Notes under the pieces: model-generated
Database searches by the model: none
Told to the model about the DNA's origin: nothing
The model's input: the letters and a program-made list of their open reading frames with translations, nothing else
Translations under genes and position numbers: made by a program
Shown: piece after piece, positions 41,055 to 52,100 of the stretch
Position numbering within the stretch: position 1 is the first letter of the stretch
How the letters are laid out: each line of letters starts with the position of its first letter
Origin: an uncultured Flavobacterium sp.
GTDB taxonomy: Bacteria > Bacteroidota > Bacteroidia > Flavobacteriales > Flavobacteriaceae
NCBI GenBank assembly: GCA_964605595.1
Contig: CAZSDN010000004.1
Coordinates: 7,094 to 59,748, forward strand
Length of the DNA: 52,655 nucleotides
Direction of reading: 5' to 3'

Positions 41055-41990
41055 ATGAAAGTTACAATAGTAGGCGCTGGAAATGTAGGCGCATCGTGTG
41101 CAGACATTATTTCATACAGAGGAATTGCCAGTGAAGTTGTTTTGCTTGACATTAAGGAAGGTTTTGCAGAAGGTAAGGCCATGGATATCATGCAATGTGC
41201 TACAAACACAGGTTTCAATACACAATTATCGGGTGTAACCAATGATTATACGAAAACTGCGAACAGTGATGTGGTTGTGATCACTTCCGGAATTCCAAGG
41301 AAACCTGGAATGACACGTGAGGAATTAATCGGAATTAATGCCGGAATCGTAAAATCAGTTGCCGAAAACGTATTGAAATATTCCCCAAATACAATTATCG
41401 TTGTAGTTTCAAATCCAATGGACACAATGACTTATCTGACTTTGAAAGCAACAGGCCTTCCAAAAAACCGAATCATCGGAATGGGCGGCGCTTTAGACAG
41501 CTCACGTTTTAAATATTATCTTTCAAAAGCGCTTGATAAACCGGCAAACGATGTTTCTGCAATGGTAATCGGCGGGCACGGAGATACGACAATGATCCCG
41601 TTAACAAGATTGGCTTCCTATAATGGTATCCCGGTTTCAGAATTTCTTTCACAAGAACAATTGGATAAAGTTGCTGCTGACACAATGGTTGGCGGAGCTA
41701 CGCTTACAGGGCTTTTGGGAACTTCGGCCTGGTATGCGCCTGGAGCTTCCGTAGCGTATTTGGTTGATAGTATCTTAAATAACCAAAAGAAAATGATCGC
41801 GTGCTCAGTAATGCTTGATGGCGAATACGGGCAAAATGATATATGTATCGGGGTTCCTTGTATTATTGGAAAAAATGGAATCGAGGAAATACTTTCGATT
41901 GATTTGAATGATTCTGAAAAAGCATTATTTTCGAAAAGCGCCGATGCGGTTCGCGGGATGAATGCCGATTTGAAATCAGTTTTGGCCTAA
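41055..41990 (+). CDS. mdh: Malate dehydrogenase (LDH-like type)
   Basis: VGAGNVG, TSGIPRKPGMTREELIGIN, VSNPMD, LDSSRF, GGHGD. Confidence 0.96.
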   Translation: MKVTIVGAGNVGASCADIISYRGIASEVVLLDIKEGFAEGKAMDIMQCATNTGFNTQLSGVTNDYTKTANSDVVVITSGIPRKPGMTREELIGINAGIVKSVAENVLKYSPNTIIVVVSNPMDTMTYLTLKATGLPKNRIIGMGGALDSSRFKYYLSKALDKPANDVSAMVIGGHGDTTMIPLTRLASYNGIPVSEFLSQEQLDKVAADTMVGGATLTGLLGTSAWYAPGASVAYLVDSILNNQKKMIACSVMLDGEYGQNDICIGVPCIIGKNGIEEILSIDLNDSEKALFSKSADAVRGMNADLKSVLA

Positions 41991-42006
41991 TATTTTTATA
42001 ATAAAT

Positions 42007-42038
42007 AAAAAAGACTGCAGTTATGCAGTCTTTTTTTT
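42007..42038 (+). terminator. Intrinsic terminator after mdh
   Basis: AAAAAA-GACTGCA-GTTA-TGCAGTC-TTTTTTTT. Confidence 0.9.
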
Positions 42039-42058
42039 GAGATTAATCTGTAAATAAA

Positions 42059-42089
42059 TTGGTTAATCTTAAGGTAAATTATATATTTG
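42059..42089 (+). promoter_or_regulatory. Promoter of secDF (-33 TTG / -7 TATATTTG)
   Basis: TTG at 42059-42061, 20-nt spacer, TATATTTG at 42082-42089. Confidence 0.6.
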
Positions 42090-42211
42090 CTCGTTTTAAA
42101 AAATCCGGAAATTTATTAGGATTATCATTTTCGAAATCAATTTGAATTCTAATTAAATTTTTAACAAAAAATAACAGAATACCAAACAAAATTAATTAAT
42201 TTTTAGTAATA

Positions 42212-45181
42212 ATGCAGAATAGAGGACTCGTTAAGTTTTTTGCAATTTTATTTGCGCTGGTAAGTATTTACCAACTTTCTTTCACTTTTGTCGCAGATAG
42301 CATTGAAAGCGATGCGAAGAAATTTGCCAATGGAAATTCCGATGAAGAGGTTAAGTATTTAGATTCTATCGGAAAGGAAAAAGTATTTTTAAATTTCTTT
42401 ACTTACAACGAAGTAAAAGATAAAAAAATCAACAAAGGTCTTGACCTTGAAGGAGGAATCAATGTAATTCTTCAGGTTTCGGTTAAGGATGTCCTTAAAG
42501 GATTAGCCAACAATACTACAAATCCTGCATTCAACAGAGCTTTAGACGAAGCTACTAAAAACCAGCAAGGTAATGAAGATTACATAGATGCTTTTTTCAA
42601 GGCTTTTAAAGCGAATTCAAACGGAGTTAAATTAGGTTCTCCGGAAATTTTCTCAAACAAAAATCTTGGCGATGAGGTTAACTTCAAAATGTCTGATAAC
42701 GAAGTTGAAAAAATCATCCGTAAAAAAGTTGACGAATCCGTAGCCAGTGCTTTCGAGGTTTTAAGAAAACGTATCGATAAATTTGGTGTAACCCAGCCAA
42801 ACATCCAAAAACTTGGACAATCAGGAAGAATTCTTGTAGAATTACCTGGAGCTAAAGATGTTGACCGTATCAAGAAATTATTGTCAAGTACGGCTCAACT
42901 GGAATTTTGGGAAACTTATAAAATTGAAGAGATAGGTAATTTCCTTATCACTGCAAATGATGTTCTGAAAAATAGCGTTGTAGTAAATCAGGAAACGGCA
43001 GCTGCTGAAAAACCAAAAGATTCATTAACATCATTATTAACTGACGACAAAGATTCTGATGAAGCTGTTCAAGCCAATAACCCGTTATTAGGGAAGCTTG
43101 TTGCTCAAGGCGGCGGTCCAATCCTTGGTGTTTTTGCTACAAAAGATACAGCTGCAATCAACGGTTACTTTAAAAGGCCGGAAATTAAAAACCTTCTTCA
43201 GGGTGAACAGCGTTTCGCAAAATTTGTTTGGGGTAAGCCAGTAAGCAATATTGATGAGAAAACCAAGAAGGAAATTGAAACCTTCGAATTATACGCTTTA
43301 AAAGGCAACAAAGCTGATGTCGCTCCAATGAGCGGCGGAGTGATCACCGATGCGCAGGATACATTTGACCAAATGGGAAAACCGTCTGTAAACATGCAGA
43401 TGAACGGTCAAGGAGCAAGAAAATGGGAAGAACTTACAGGAAGGGCTTATACTCAAAAAAGCTTTATCGCCATTGTTCTTGACGATGTTGTTTATTCTGC
43501 TCCAGGTGTAACAAGTGGTCCTATTGCGGGCGGGCGTTCTGAGATTTCAGGAAACTTTGATGTTGCTGAAACTAAAGATTTAGCAAACGTTTTAAGAGCA
43601 GGTAAACTACCGGCTTCGGCAGATATTATCCAGTCAGAAGTTGTTGGGCCGTCTTTGGGCCAGGAAGCTATTGATAATGGTATCAATTCATCTTTAGTAG
43701 GTCTTTTATTAGTATCGCTCTGGATGATCGTTTATTATGGTAAATCAGGTTGGTTTGCAAATATTGCACTTGCGGTAAACTTATTATTCCTTTTTGGGGT
43801 AATGGTAAGTTTCGGATTCGTACTGACGCTTCCGGGTATTGCTGGTATCGTTTTAACAATGGGTACTGCTGTAGATGCCAATATTATCATATATGAACGT
43901 GCCAAGGAAGAACTCCGTGCGGGTAAAACTCTTGAAAGCGCAATTGTATCGTCATTCGGTTGGAAAGGCGCAATGCGTTCAATTATTGATGCAAACGTTA
44001 CTCACATCCTTACAGGTATCGTACTTGTAATTTTCGGAACCGGGCCAATCAAAGGTTTTGCCGTAACTTTATTAGTAGGTATAATCACTTCATTGTTTAC
44101 TTCGATCTTTATTACAAGAATGCTTTTAGACTGGAGCGCTTCAAAAAAGCACAACCTTACTTTTGTTACCGCAATGTCTAAAAACTGGTTTACAAATTTC
44201 CATTATGATTTCCTTGGTGCAAAAAAATGGACTTATGCAATTTCTTCTATTGTTGTAATCGTAAGTGTAACTTCATTAGCTATAAACGGATTGAATCCCG
44301 GAGTTGATTTTGTTGGAGGAAGAACATTCCAAGTACGTTTTGATAAAGTGATTCCGGCTGAAGAAGTTAAAGAAGAACTTACAACTGTTTTTGGCGGTGC
44401 TGTAGAAGCGAAAGTATTCGGTGATGCAAATCAGCTGAAAATAACTACGAAGTATAAAGTTGAAGAACACGGAACAGCAGCTGACAAAGAAGTAAATGAC
44501 CTGCTTTATCAAGGACTGAAGAAACATTACGCAGCCGATATGACTTATGACAAATTCGTGAATGCATATGACGGTAAGTCTTTAGGTGTTCTACAAGCTT
44601 CAAAAGTTGGTCCGTCTGTTGCAGAAGATATGAAAACCAATTCCTATTGGGCAGTATTGGGTGCGATGGGTATCGTATTCCTTTATTTGACGATAAGTTT
44701 CAGAAAATGGCAATATAGCCTCGGTGCTATTGCGGCTATTGCGCATGACGTAATCTTCGTATTGGGTATTTATTCATTATTCTGGAAATATGCTCCGTTC
44801 GGAATGGAAATCGATCAGCATTTCATTGCAGCAATCCTTACCGTTATTGGTTATTCGATGAATGATACAGTAATCGTATTCGACAGGGTTCGTGAGTATT
44901 TAGGAGGAAAACTGAAAGGTAGTTTTAACGATATAGTTAATAAATCGGTCAATACTACTATGTCAAGAACAATCAATACATCATTAACAATGGTATTGGT
45001 GTTATTAATCATGTTTATTTTTGGTGGCGAAACCATGCGCGGATTTGTATTTGCGATGTTAGTGGGTATCGTTGTAGGAACTTATTCTTCATTGTTCATT
45101 GCTACTCCGGTATTGTGCGATACGATCCCGCAATCAGAACACGACAGGATTGAACGTGAACACAATAACGCGGCAGAGTAA
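42212..45181 (+). CDS. secDF: Protein translocase subunit SecDF (fused)
   Basis: GLDLEGG, RIDKFGVTQP, VGPSLG, LTLPGIAG, AVDANIIIYER, GVDFVGG, GYSMNDTVIVFDRVRE, GTYSSLFIA. Confidence 0.98.
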   Translation: MQNRGLVKFFAILFALVSIYQLSFTFVADSIESDAKKFANGNSDEEVKYLDSIGKEKVFLNFFTYNEVKDKKINKGLDLEGGINVILQVSVKDVLKGLANNTTNPAFNRALDEATKNQQGNEDYIDAFFKAFKANSNGVKLGSPEIFSNKNLGDEVNFKMSDNEVEKIIRKKVDESVASAFEVLRKRIDKFGVTQPNIQKLGQSGRILVELPGAKDVDRIKKLLSSTAQLEFWETYKIEEIGNFLITANDVLKNSVVVNQETAAAEKPKDSLTSLLTDDKDSDEAVQANNPLLGKLVAQGGGPILGVFATKDTAAINGYFKRPEIKNLLQGEQRFAKFVWGKPVSNIDEKTKKEIETFELYALKGNKADVAPMSGGVITDAQDTFDQMGKPSVNMQMNGQGARKWEELTGRAYTQKSFIAIVLDDVVYSAPGVTSGPIAGGRSEISGNFDVAETKDLANVLRAGKLPASADIIQSEVVGPSLGQEAIDNGINSSLVGLLLVSLWMIVYYGKSGWFANIALAVNLLFLFGVMVSFGFVLTLPGIAGIVLTMGTAVDANIIIYERAKEELRAGKTLESAIVSSFGWKGAMRSIIDANVTHILTGIVLVIFGTGPIKGFAVTLLVGIITSLFTSIFITRMLLDWSASKKHNLTFVTAMSKNWFTNFHYDFLGAKKWTYAISSIVVIVSVTSLAINGLNPGVDFVGGRTFQVRFDKVIPAEEVKEELTTVFGGAVEAKVFGDANQLKITTKYKVEEHGTAADKEVNDLLYQGLKKHYAADMTYDKFVNAYDGKSLGVLQASKVGPSVAEDMKTNSYWAVLGAMGIVFLYLTISFRKWQYSLGAIAAIAHDVIFVLGIYSLFWKYAPFGMEIDQHFIAAILTVIGYSMNDTVIVFDRVREYLGGKLKGSFNDIVNKSVNTTMSRTINTSLTMVLVLLIMFIFGGETMRGFVFAMLVGIVVGTYSSLFIATPVLCDTIPQSEHDRIEREHNNAAE

Positions 45182-45201
45182 TATCTGTTACATAAAAAAT
45201 T

Positions 45202-45228
45202 AAAGGCCCGATTCTTCGGGCTTTTTTT
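45202..45228 (+). terminator. Intrinsic terminator after secDF
   Basis: AAAGGCCCGA-TTCT-TCGGGCTTTTTTT. Confidence 0.85.
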
Positions 45229-45470
45229 ATGGATTTCATTTCGCTTTAAAATATGGATTTGTATACTATATAGTATTAAAGAACTTTCAGGCGAATAAGA
45301 TTCAATCTATTGAGAAAGGTTTTTAAAGTTTAGTTTAAAATTTGTGAAGAAGAAAATTCTACTTTTTTATACGCAGATTTATGAAATACTAAATCATCAA
45401 AGCACACTTTCTTTTCAATACTGCTGCAGAAACTGATTCCTCATAAATAGTAAATAGTATTGAAACCGAT

Positions 45471-45501
45471 AAAAATAAAAGCCCGGAAATATCCGGGCTT
45501 T
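45471..45501 (-). terminator. Intrinsic terminator after lgt
   Basis: AAAGCCCGGA-AATA-TCCGGGCTTT with a T-rich tract on the minus strand. Confidence 0.85.
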
Positions 45502-45520
45502 ATATCAAATTATAATGTTT

Positions 45521-46459
45521 TTATAAAACAGGCTGATGCTTTTTAGACAAGGCAACTAAAACCAATCCCGCAATCACAAACGGAATACTCAGCCATTGTC
45601 CTGTAGTAAGCAATCCGAGCGCTGATTCAAATCCGCCCTGGCTTTGTTTAACAAACTCAACTATAAAACGGACGGTGAAAAGCAGGATAAGGAACAAACC
45701 TAACAAAAATCCCGGCTTTTGCCTTGCGTCGGTTTTCCAATAAGCATAAAAAAGTATCAGAAAAACAAATATATATCCAAAAGCTTCATATAATTGTGAG
45801 GGATGGCGAAAAGGGATCGCATTCAAAACGTCGGCGAACTTTGGGTCATTCTGGATCATTTTATAAGCTTCATTCGCATTTGGCGCATTGGTTGTGCGGA
45901 TAAGGCTGTTTTGTTTCCAAAACTCTTCTTCACGAATGAATTTTACGGCATAAAAATTATCGCCTGAGGTTTCATGCCCGTAAATTTCAGAATTGAAAAA
46001 ATTCCCCAGCCTAACAAAGACTGCTCCGCTGGCAACCGGAATCACAACTCTGTCCAAAACCCAAAGAAGCGGGCGCTTCATTATTTTTTTGCTAAAAAAA
46101 TACATGGCGATTATGATGGCAATTGCTGCACCATGGCTTGCTAAACCGCTGAATCCTGTGAACTCGAACGGATCAAAACGGAAAGGCAATAGTATTTCCG
46201 ATAAATGGTCTTTGTAATAGGCCCAGTCGTAAAAGAAAACGTGCCCCAAACGAGCGCCAACCAAAGTTGCTAAAGCTGTCCATATAAAAAGGCTGTCTAA
46301 TTTATCAACGGGTTCATTTTCGCGGTCGAATATTTTTTTAGTGATGTACCATCCCAAGCCAAAGGCTACCACAAACATGAGGCTGTAATAGCGGATCATT
46401 ATAAATCCGAAGTCTATGCCTTCTGACGGATTCCATGTAATACCAAGTGCGTGTGTCAT
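45521..46459 (-). CDS. lgt: Prolipoprotein diacylglyceryl transferase
   Basis: IRYYSLMF, GARLGHVFFY, GLASHG, RLGNFFNSEIYG, RHPSQLYE, RFIVEF, GQWLS. Confidence 0.97.
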   Translation of the reverse strand: MTHALGITWNPSEGIDFGFIMIRYYSLMFVVAFGLGWYITKKIFDRENEPVDKLDSLFIWTALATLVGARLGHVFFYDWAYYKDHLSEILLPFRFDPFEFTGFSGLASHGAAIAIIIAMYFFSKKIMKRPLLWVLDRVVIPVASGAVFVRLGNFFNSEIYGHETSGDNFYAVKFIREEEFWKQNSLIRTTNAPNANEAYKMIQNDPKFADVLNAIPFRHPSQLYEAFGYIFVFLILFYAYWKTDARQKPGFLLGLFLILLFTVRFIVEFVKQSQGGFESALGLLTTGQWLSIPFVIAGLVLVALSKKHQPVL

Positions 46460-46521
46460 ATTGTTTTATTTTGTTATGTAAAAATAGAGATTTGGAATGA
46501 GGATTCTCTAAAAACTCTAAG

Positions 46522-46788
46522 TTAATGTTTGTGATTGATTTCTTTTTCAGGAACGGGATCATAACCCGAGCCGCCCCAGGGATTACACCGAATGATCCGC
46601 ATTGTGCCAAGATACAACCCTTTAAATAATCCGTGAACCTGCAAGGCTTTTATCATATAGGATGAACAGGTAGGCGAGAAGCGGCAGGCGCTGGGCAATA
46701 ATGGCGAAATTAGGATTTGGTATAAACGCACCAATAGTACAAACGGAAAAATCAGAATCTTTTTCACGCTTATATTGCCGGTTTGCAT
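46522..46788 (-). CDS. yidD: Membrane protein insertion efficiency factor
   Basis: YQILISP...[10 protein letters not shown]...HG...[17 protein letters not shown]. The true start may be the GTG at VKKILIF. Confidence 0.95.
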   Translation of the reverse strand: MQTGNISVKKILIFPFVLLVRLYQILISPLLPSACRFSPTCSSYMIKALQVHGLFKGLYLGTMRIIRCNPWGGSGYDPVPEKEINHKH

Positions 46789-48267
46789 TTATAAAGTAAA
46801 TGAAGTTCCTTCTTTTCCGTCTTTAAGCTGAATTCCCAAAGCGGTCAATTGATCACGTATCTGATCGGATAGTGCGAAGTTTTTATCGGCTCGTGCCTGA
46901 TTGCGCATTCCGATCAGCATATTTACTACGCCTTCGAGTTTTTCGGTATTTCCGCTATCTGCTTTAGCGCTTTCGAGCCCAAGGACATCATATATGAAAG
47001 CATTCATTAAATCGGTAAATGTTCTTAAATCTTCGATGGTTAAAGTCGCCGATTTATCTTTTAACAGATTTACGAAACGTACGCCTTCAAACAAATTCGC
47101 AATCAATATCGGTGTGTTGAAATCGTCGTTCATTGCGTCATAACAAGCATCTGCCCATGATTGAATGTCGAGTGAAGAAGTAGCTGACGCTTCAATTTCA
47201 GAAAATCCATTCATAGCTTCCATCAAACGGTTATATCCTTTTTCGGCCGCTACGATTGCATCATCCGAAAAATCCAAAATACTCCTGTAATGCGCCTGCA
47301 TCATAAAGAAACGCGTTACAGAAGCCGAAAACGGTTTGCTTAAAAACGGATTATTTCCATTAAGGATTTCACCCGGAAGAATATTGTTGCCGGTCGATTT
47401 TGCCATTTTCTTTCCGTTCAGCGTGAGCATGTTGGCATGCATCCAGTAATTTACCGGAGTTTGGCCTGTGCAGGCTTCGTTTTGCGCGATCTCGCATTCA
47501 TGGTGCGGGAATTTTAAATCCATTCCGCCACCATGAATGTCAAAATGATTGCCAAGGTATTTCGTACTCATCGCGGTACATTCCAGATGCCATCCAGGGA
47601 AACCATCGCTCCAGGGCGAAGGCCATCGCATGATATGTTCAGGTTCGGCTTTTTTCCAAAGAGCGAAATCCTGCGGATTCCTTTTATCCGACTGTCCGTC
47701 AAGATCGCGTGAATTCGCAAGCATGTCTTCGATATTACGGCCGCTTAATTTTCCGTAATGATTCGTTTCGTTAAATTTTACCACGTCAAAATAAACCGAG
47801 CCATTCGATTCATAGGCAAACCCATTTGCGATAATTTCCTTAACGATTTCGATTTGTTCAATGATATGCCCGGTTGCCGTTGGCTCAATGCTTGGCGGTA
47901 AAAAGTTGAATCTGTTCAGGATGTCATGAAAATCGACGGTATAACGCTGTACGATTTCCATTGGCTCCAATTGTTCAAGGCGTGCTTTTTTTGCGATTTT
48001 ATCTTCGCCGTCATCAACATCGTCAACAATATGTCCAACATCGGTAATATTCCGCACATAGCGAACTTTATAATCCAAATGCCTGAAATACCTGTAAATC
48101 ATATCAAACGACATGAATGTTCGCACATTTCCCAAATGCACATTGCTGTAAACCGTCGGGCCGCAAACATACATCCCGACATTTCCTTCGTGGATAGGTT
48201 TGAAAACTTCTTTTTCCCCGGAAAGGGAATTGTAGATTTTTAGCGTATGGTTTTTGAAAAGCGGCAT
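46789..48267 (-). CDS. cysS: Cysteine--tRNA ligase
   Basis: [47 protein letters not shown]. Confidence 0.99.
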   Translation of the reverse strand: MPLFKNHTLKIYNSLSGEKEVFKPIHEGNVGMYVCGPTVYSNVHLGNVRTFMSFDMIYRYFRHLDYKVRYVRNITDVGHIVDDVDDGEDKIAKKARLEQLEPMEIVQRYTVDFHDILNRFNFLPPSIEPTATGHIIEQIEIVKEIIANGFAYESNGSVYFDVVKFNETNHYGKLSGRNIEDMLANSRDLDGQSDKRNPQDFALWKKAEPEHIMRWPSPWSDGFPGWHLECTAMSTKYLGNHFDIHGGGMDLKFPHHECEIAQNEACTGQTPVNYWMHANMLTLNGKKMAKSTGNNILPGEILNGNNPFLSKPFSASVTRFFMMQAHYRSILDFSDDAIVAAEKGYNRLMEAMNGFSEIEASATSSLDIQSWADACYDAMNDDFNTPILIANLFEGVRFVNLLKDKSATLTIEDLRTFTDLMNAFIYDVLGLESAKADSGNTEKLEGVVNMLIGMRNQARADKNFALSDQIRDQLTALGIQLKDGKEGTSFTL

Positions 48268-48342
48268 TTCGTTTATTTTAATGGTGAATTTTAAATTTTA
48301 AATGATAGGGATAATGCATCCTTTAAAACTCAAAATAATTAA

Positions 48343-49014
48343 TTAAAACTTAGTTTCAAGCTGTATGTAATTCAGGAATTCACGACGGGTTTGTTCTTCT
48401 TTGAATTTACCGCCGAATTCAGAAGTTACCGTACTGCTTTCAATATCGCGGATTCCTCTCGAATTTACACAAAGGTGCTTTGCATCGATGACGCACGCAA
48501 CATCCTGTGTGTTTAGAACCGATTGTAATTCCTGTACGATTTGCATCGTGAGCCTTTCCTGAACCTGCGGGCGTTTCGCATAATAATCAACAATGCGGTT
48601 CATCTTTGAAAGCCCGACTACTGAGCCGTTTGAAATATAGGCAATGTGCGCACGGCCGATAATGGGCAGCAAATGATGCTCACAGGTCGAATAAACGGTA
48701 ATGTTTTTTTCAACCAGCATTTCGCCATATTTATAATGGTTATCAAATGTTGAGGCTTTTGGGCGTTTGTTCGGATGTAACCCACCGAAAATTTCCTTGA
48801 CGAACATTTTCGCTACGCGGTTTGGAGTTCCTTTTAAGCTGTCGTCTGTCAAATCCATTCCCAGAGTAAGAAGGATGTTTTCTACATCTTTTTTTATGGA
48901 TTCTATTTTTTGCTCATCTGAAATATCAAAAGCATCGCTTCGTAATGGATTACTGGCATTTGTGCCAATATGGCTATCGCCTATTTCATCTGAAAAATGT
49001 TCGTCTTTGCTCAT
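48343..49014 (-). CDS. folE: GTP cyclohydrolase I
   Basis: TPNRVAKM, STCEHHLLP, GLSKMNR, RPQVQERLT, HLCVNSRG. Confidence 0.98.
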   Translation of the reverse strand: MSKDEHFSDEIGDSHIGTNASNPLRSDAFDISDEQKIESIKKDVENILLTLGMDLTDDSLKGTPNRVAKMFVKEIFGGLHPNKRPKASTFDNHYKYGEMLVEKNITVYSTCEHHLLPIIGRAHIAYISNGSVVGLSKMNRIVDYYAKRPQVQERLTMQIVQELQSVLNTQDVACVIDAKHLCVNSRGIRDIESSTVTSEFGGKFKEEQTRREFLNYIQLETKF

Positions 49015-49048
49015 GTTAAGTGTAAGTGTGCTGGCTTTTTTTCTGGCG

Positions 49049-49056
49049 CAAAGATA
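49049..49056 (-). promoter_or_regulatory. -7 promoter box of the folE-cysS-yidD-lgt unit
   Basis: TATCTTTG on the minus strand, 34 nt upstream of the folE ATG. Confidence 0.55.
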
Positions 49057-49180
49057 ATTAATAAAATGAAATTAAAATTCAATAATTAAGTAAAACCCTA
49101 CACTTGATAGTTAAAAATTAAAATTAAGTTAAATTATAGTATCTTTTTTTGTAAATTTCGCTCCTAAAATTGTTATAGAA

Positions 49181-52100
49181 ATGAAATATAAATTTTTACT
49201 TGTTTCGTTAATTGTGCTGTTTTTCAATAATTTAAGTTCGCAGAACTTAATCACAAATGGTGATTTTGAAAGTGGCGGAAACGGAACGGGTTTTAACATA
49301 AATGGCGCGGGATACACAGGTTTGACTCCACCATATTCAGGAACTACGGTTCCTGGAAATTATGCTTTTGACACCAATCCGCAATTGGTCAATACAACCA
49401 AATTCCTTTCAGGAGGCGACCATACAACCGGTACCGGAAAAATGATGATTATTGATGGAAATGATACTCCCGGAAACCAGCGTTTTTGGAGAGCAGGTAC
49501 TGATGATAACGGAATTTGCGGATTATCCGTAGGTAGTTATTATGAATTTACTTATTGGATTAAATCCATCTCAAATGATGTAACTAATTCAGGTACACGC
49601 GCTAATATCCATTTGCTTTTTACAGGTGTAACAGAAAGCCAGTTTGTTGAAGGCCATACCCAGGCGCCTTTCCCGGCTTCAGGATGGAGGAAGATTTCGT
49701 ATAGGTTCAAAGCCGTTGATCCGTGTGTGACAATTGAGCTTTGGAATGCTAATTTTGGTAGTTTAGGCAATGATTTTGCAGTAGATGATTTTTCATTGAA
49801 CCGTCTTCCTGAAGCTACAGCAACAGGTGATGCTACTGTATGTATGGGAACAGCTTCGCCTCAGGTTGTTTTTACGGCAACAGGAGGAATTCCTCCTTAT
49901 ACATTTACATATACGCTTAATGGCGGCCCGGAAACAACCGTCACGCCGCCTACAGGAAATACAGTTACCATTACTGTTCCAACAACATCTGAAGGAGTTT
50001 TTGAATATAAACTTGTAAAAATAGCTTACGACGGTTTTGAAAGGGAAATTGAAGAAACTGCTACGGTAAATGTAAGGGATTTAACCGCGACGATTTCAGG
50101 TGACATTACAATATGTGCCGGATATTCTCCTGTTCTTACTTTTACCGGATCGCCAAATGCAACCGTAAATTTTACTTCTGATGACGGAACACCTTATTCA
50201 GTTAAGTTGGATGATGCCGGATCTGCGACTTTCGTGACACCAATTATCACCTTGACTACGATTTTTACACTTACTGATGTTACGGATGGCAGTTGCACGG
50301 TTCCATTGTCTGGCTTTGTTGAAATTGATATTCAGACTGCCGGCTGCGGATTTAATATTGTCCCGAGTGCAGCAAACCTGCTTCCGAGTTTTTTGGTTTA
50401 TGCAAGTATCGTAAAACCTGAATCGATTTGTAGTGGCTTTAATACAAGTACGAATTTAAATGTATTGTATCAGAAATTACGTAATACGGTTTCAAATATT
50501 CCGGCAGTTCCGGATTATACCGTATCTCAGCTGCCTTCATACCAAGCTACGTTTGGGATCCTTGGAGGAGAGATTTTAAGTATTACTTCTGATGATACAT
50601 GGTCGCCTGTACAGAACCTTCCTTTTAAATTCTCATTTTATGGCCCTACCTATCAAAAATTACTCGTTGGTGCTAATGGATTGCTAACTTTTAACTTGTC
50701 GCCTAACAATATCGGTGGCGGATTACCCAATGGTAACGAAATGGCGGGCGGTCTAGGAACTTTGGCTGATACTGATCCAACCGGACCTAATGCGGGTACA
50801 GAAGGGTGTGCTTTTTTAATAGGCGGTCAGTTAAATGCAACTGGAAACAATGCTATTTATGAAAAAAATGCGATTTTCGGAGTATGGCAGGATATTGATC
50901 CTAATCCTGCTAATATCATTAATGCCACTAATCAGAACATTAATTATTATGTTTCAGGTGATGCGCCAAACAGATCTTTTATCTTAAATACCACCGATAT
51001 ACCACTTTGGGCTAATGGAAACGGTTCAAGTGCCGGAAACCCCGGTTTGCAAACCTATCAGATAGTGATTTATGAAACAAGTAATTTTATTGATGTAAAT
51101 GTTAAAAGAAGAACCGCCGGTACGCAATGGAGCGGTAATGGATTAATTGGGATTATTAATCAGAACGGTTCCAAAGGTTTGGCTGCGCCGGGTCGTAATA
51201 CGGGTAACTGGTCAATCCTAACGCCAACTTCCTACAGGTTTAAGCCCAATGGGCAGTTCTTACCTGTAAAGATAGAATGGTTTGCGGGTAATTCACCTAC
51301 GCCTTTTAATGTCCAAAACATCACAGACGGATCAGATCCGCAGGAAGTTGAGCTTACACCAGGTGCTAAGGATAGTTTTTACCGTGTAGTACTTACTTAT
51401 ACAAACCCTGACCTGACAACTACAAAGCTTTATGATTATGTGACAATTCAAGCGCAGCCTGAGTTACCGGTTTTGGATCCACAGGATATAGTTTTGTGTA
51501 CAAATGATGTTGGCCCTAATTTTACTTTTCCGTCTATTAATCAGGATTCCCACATATTAAGCGCCAATGGTGGATTAAACCCGAGCCATTACTCGATTAC
51601 ATATCACCCGACAGAATTTGACGCGACCTATGACGCTGACTTTATTGATCCTGCTGACCTGACAAATTATGTTGTGCCGGGTTCAGAAATGGAAGGCGAC
51701 CTAAAAAAAACAATTTATGTAAGGATCAAAGATTTGTTTAATTCTACCGCATGTTCAAATGTAAGGTCATTTAATCTGGATATTCGTACTGCCCAAGGTC
51801 AGATTTCATATGCCAGTCCTACCTATTGTATGGATACGGCTACACCGGAGCCGGTTGAGAGATCCCCTGATTTAACTCCTGGCGGAAAATTCATTTCTTC
51901 ATCGCCAACAGATTTAGTCATTAACGAAGATACTGGAGAAATAATACTTGACCAAAGTGCGCCTGGTACCTATACTGTTATTTACCGGGTAGAAGCTGTA
52001 GACAATTGCCCGGCTTTCGAGACACCGCCTGTTACAATTGAAATTGAAGCTTGCTGTTCAGTAACAGCTCTGGCTGTAGTTCCTGTTTGTTCGGGTTCTG

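Noticed and set aside
46460..46521. Possible dif site or attenuator between yidD and lgt (TTATGTAAA; TAGAGA...TCTCTA)
   Set aside because: No XerC-arm match, and the stem is short with a long loop; too weak to call.
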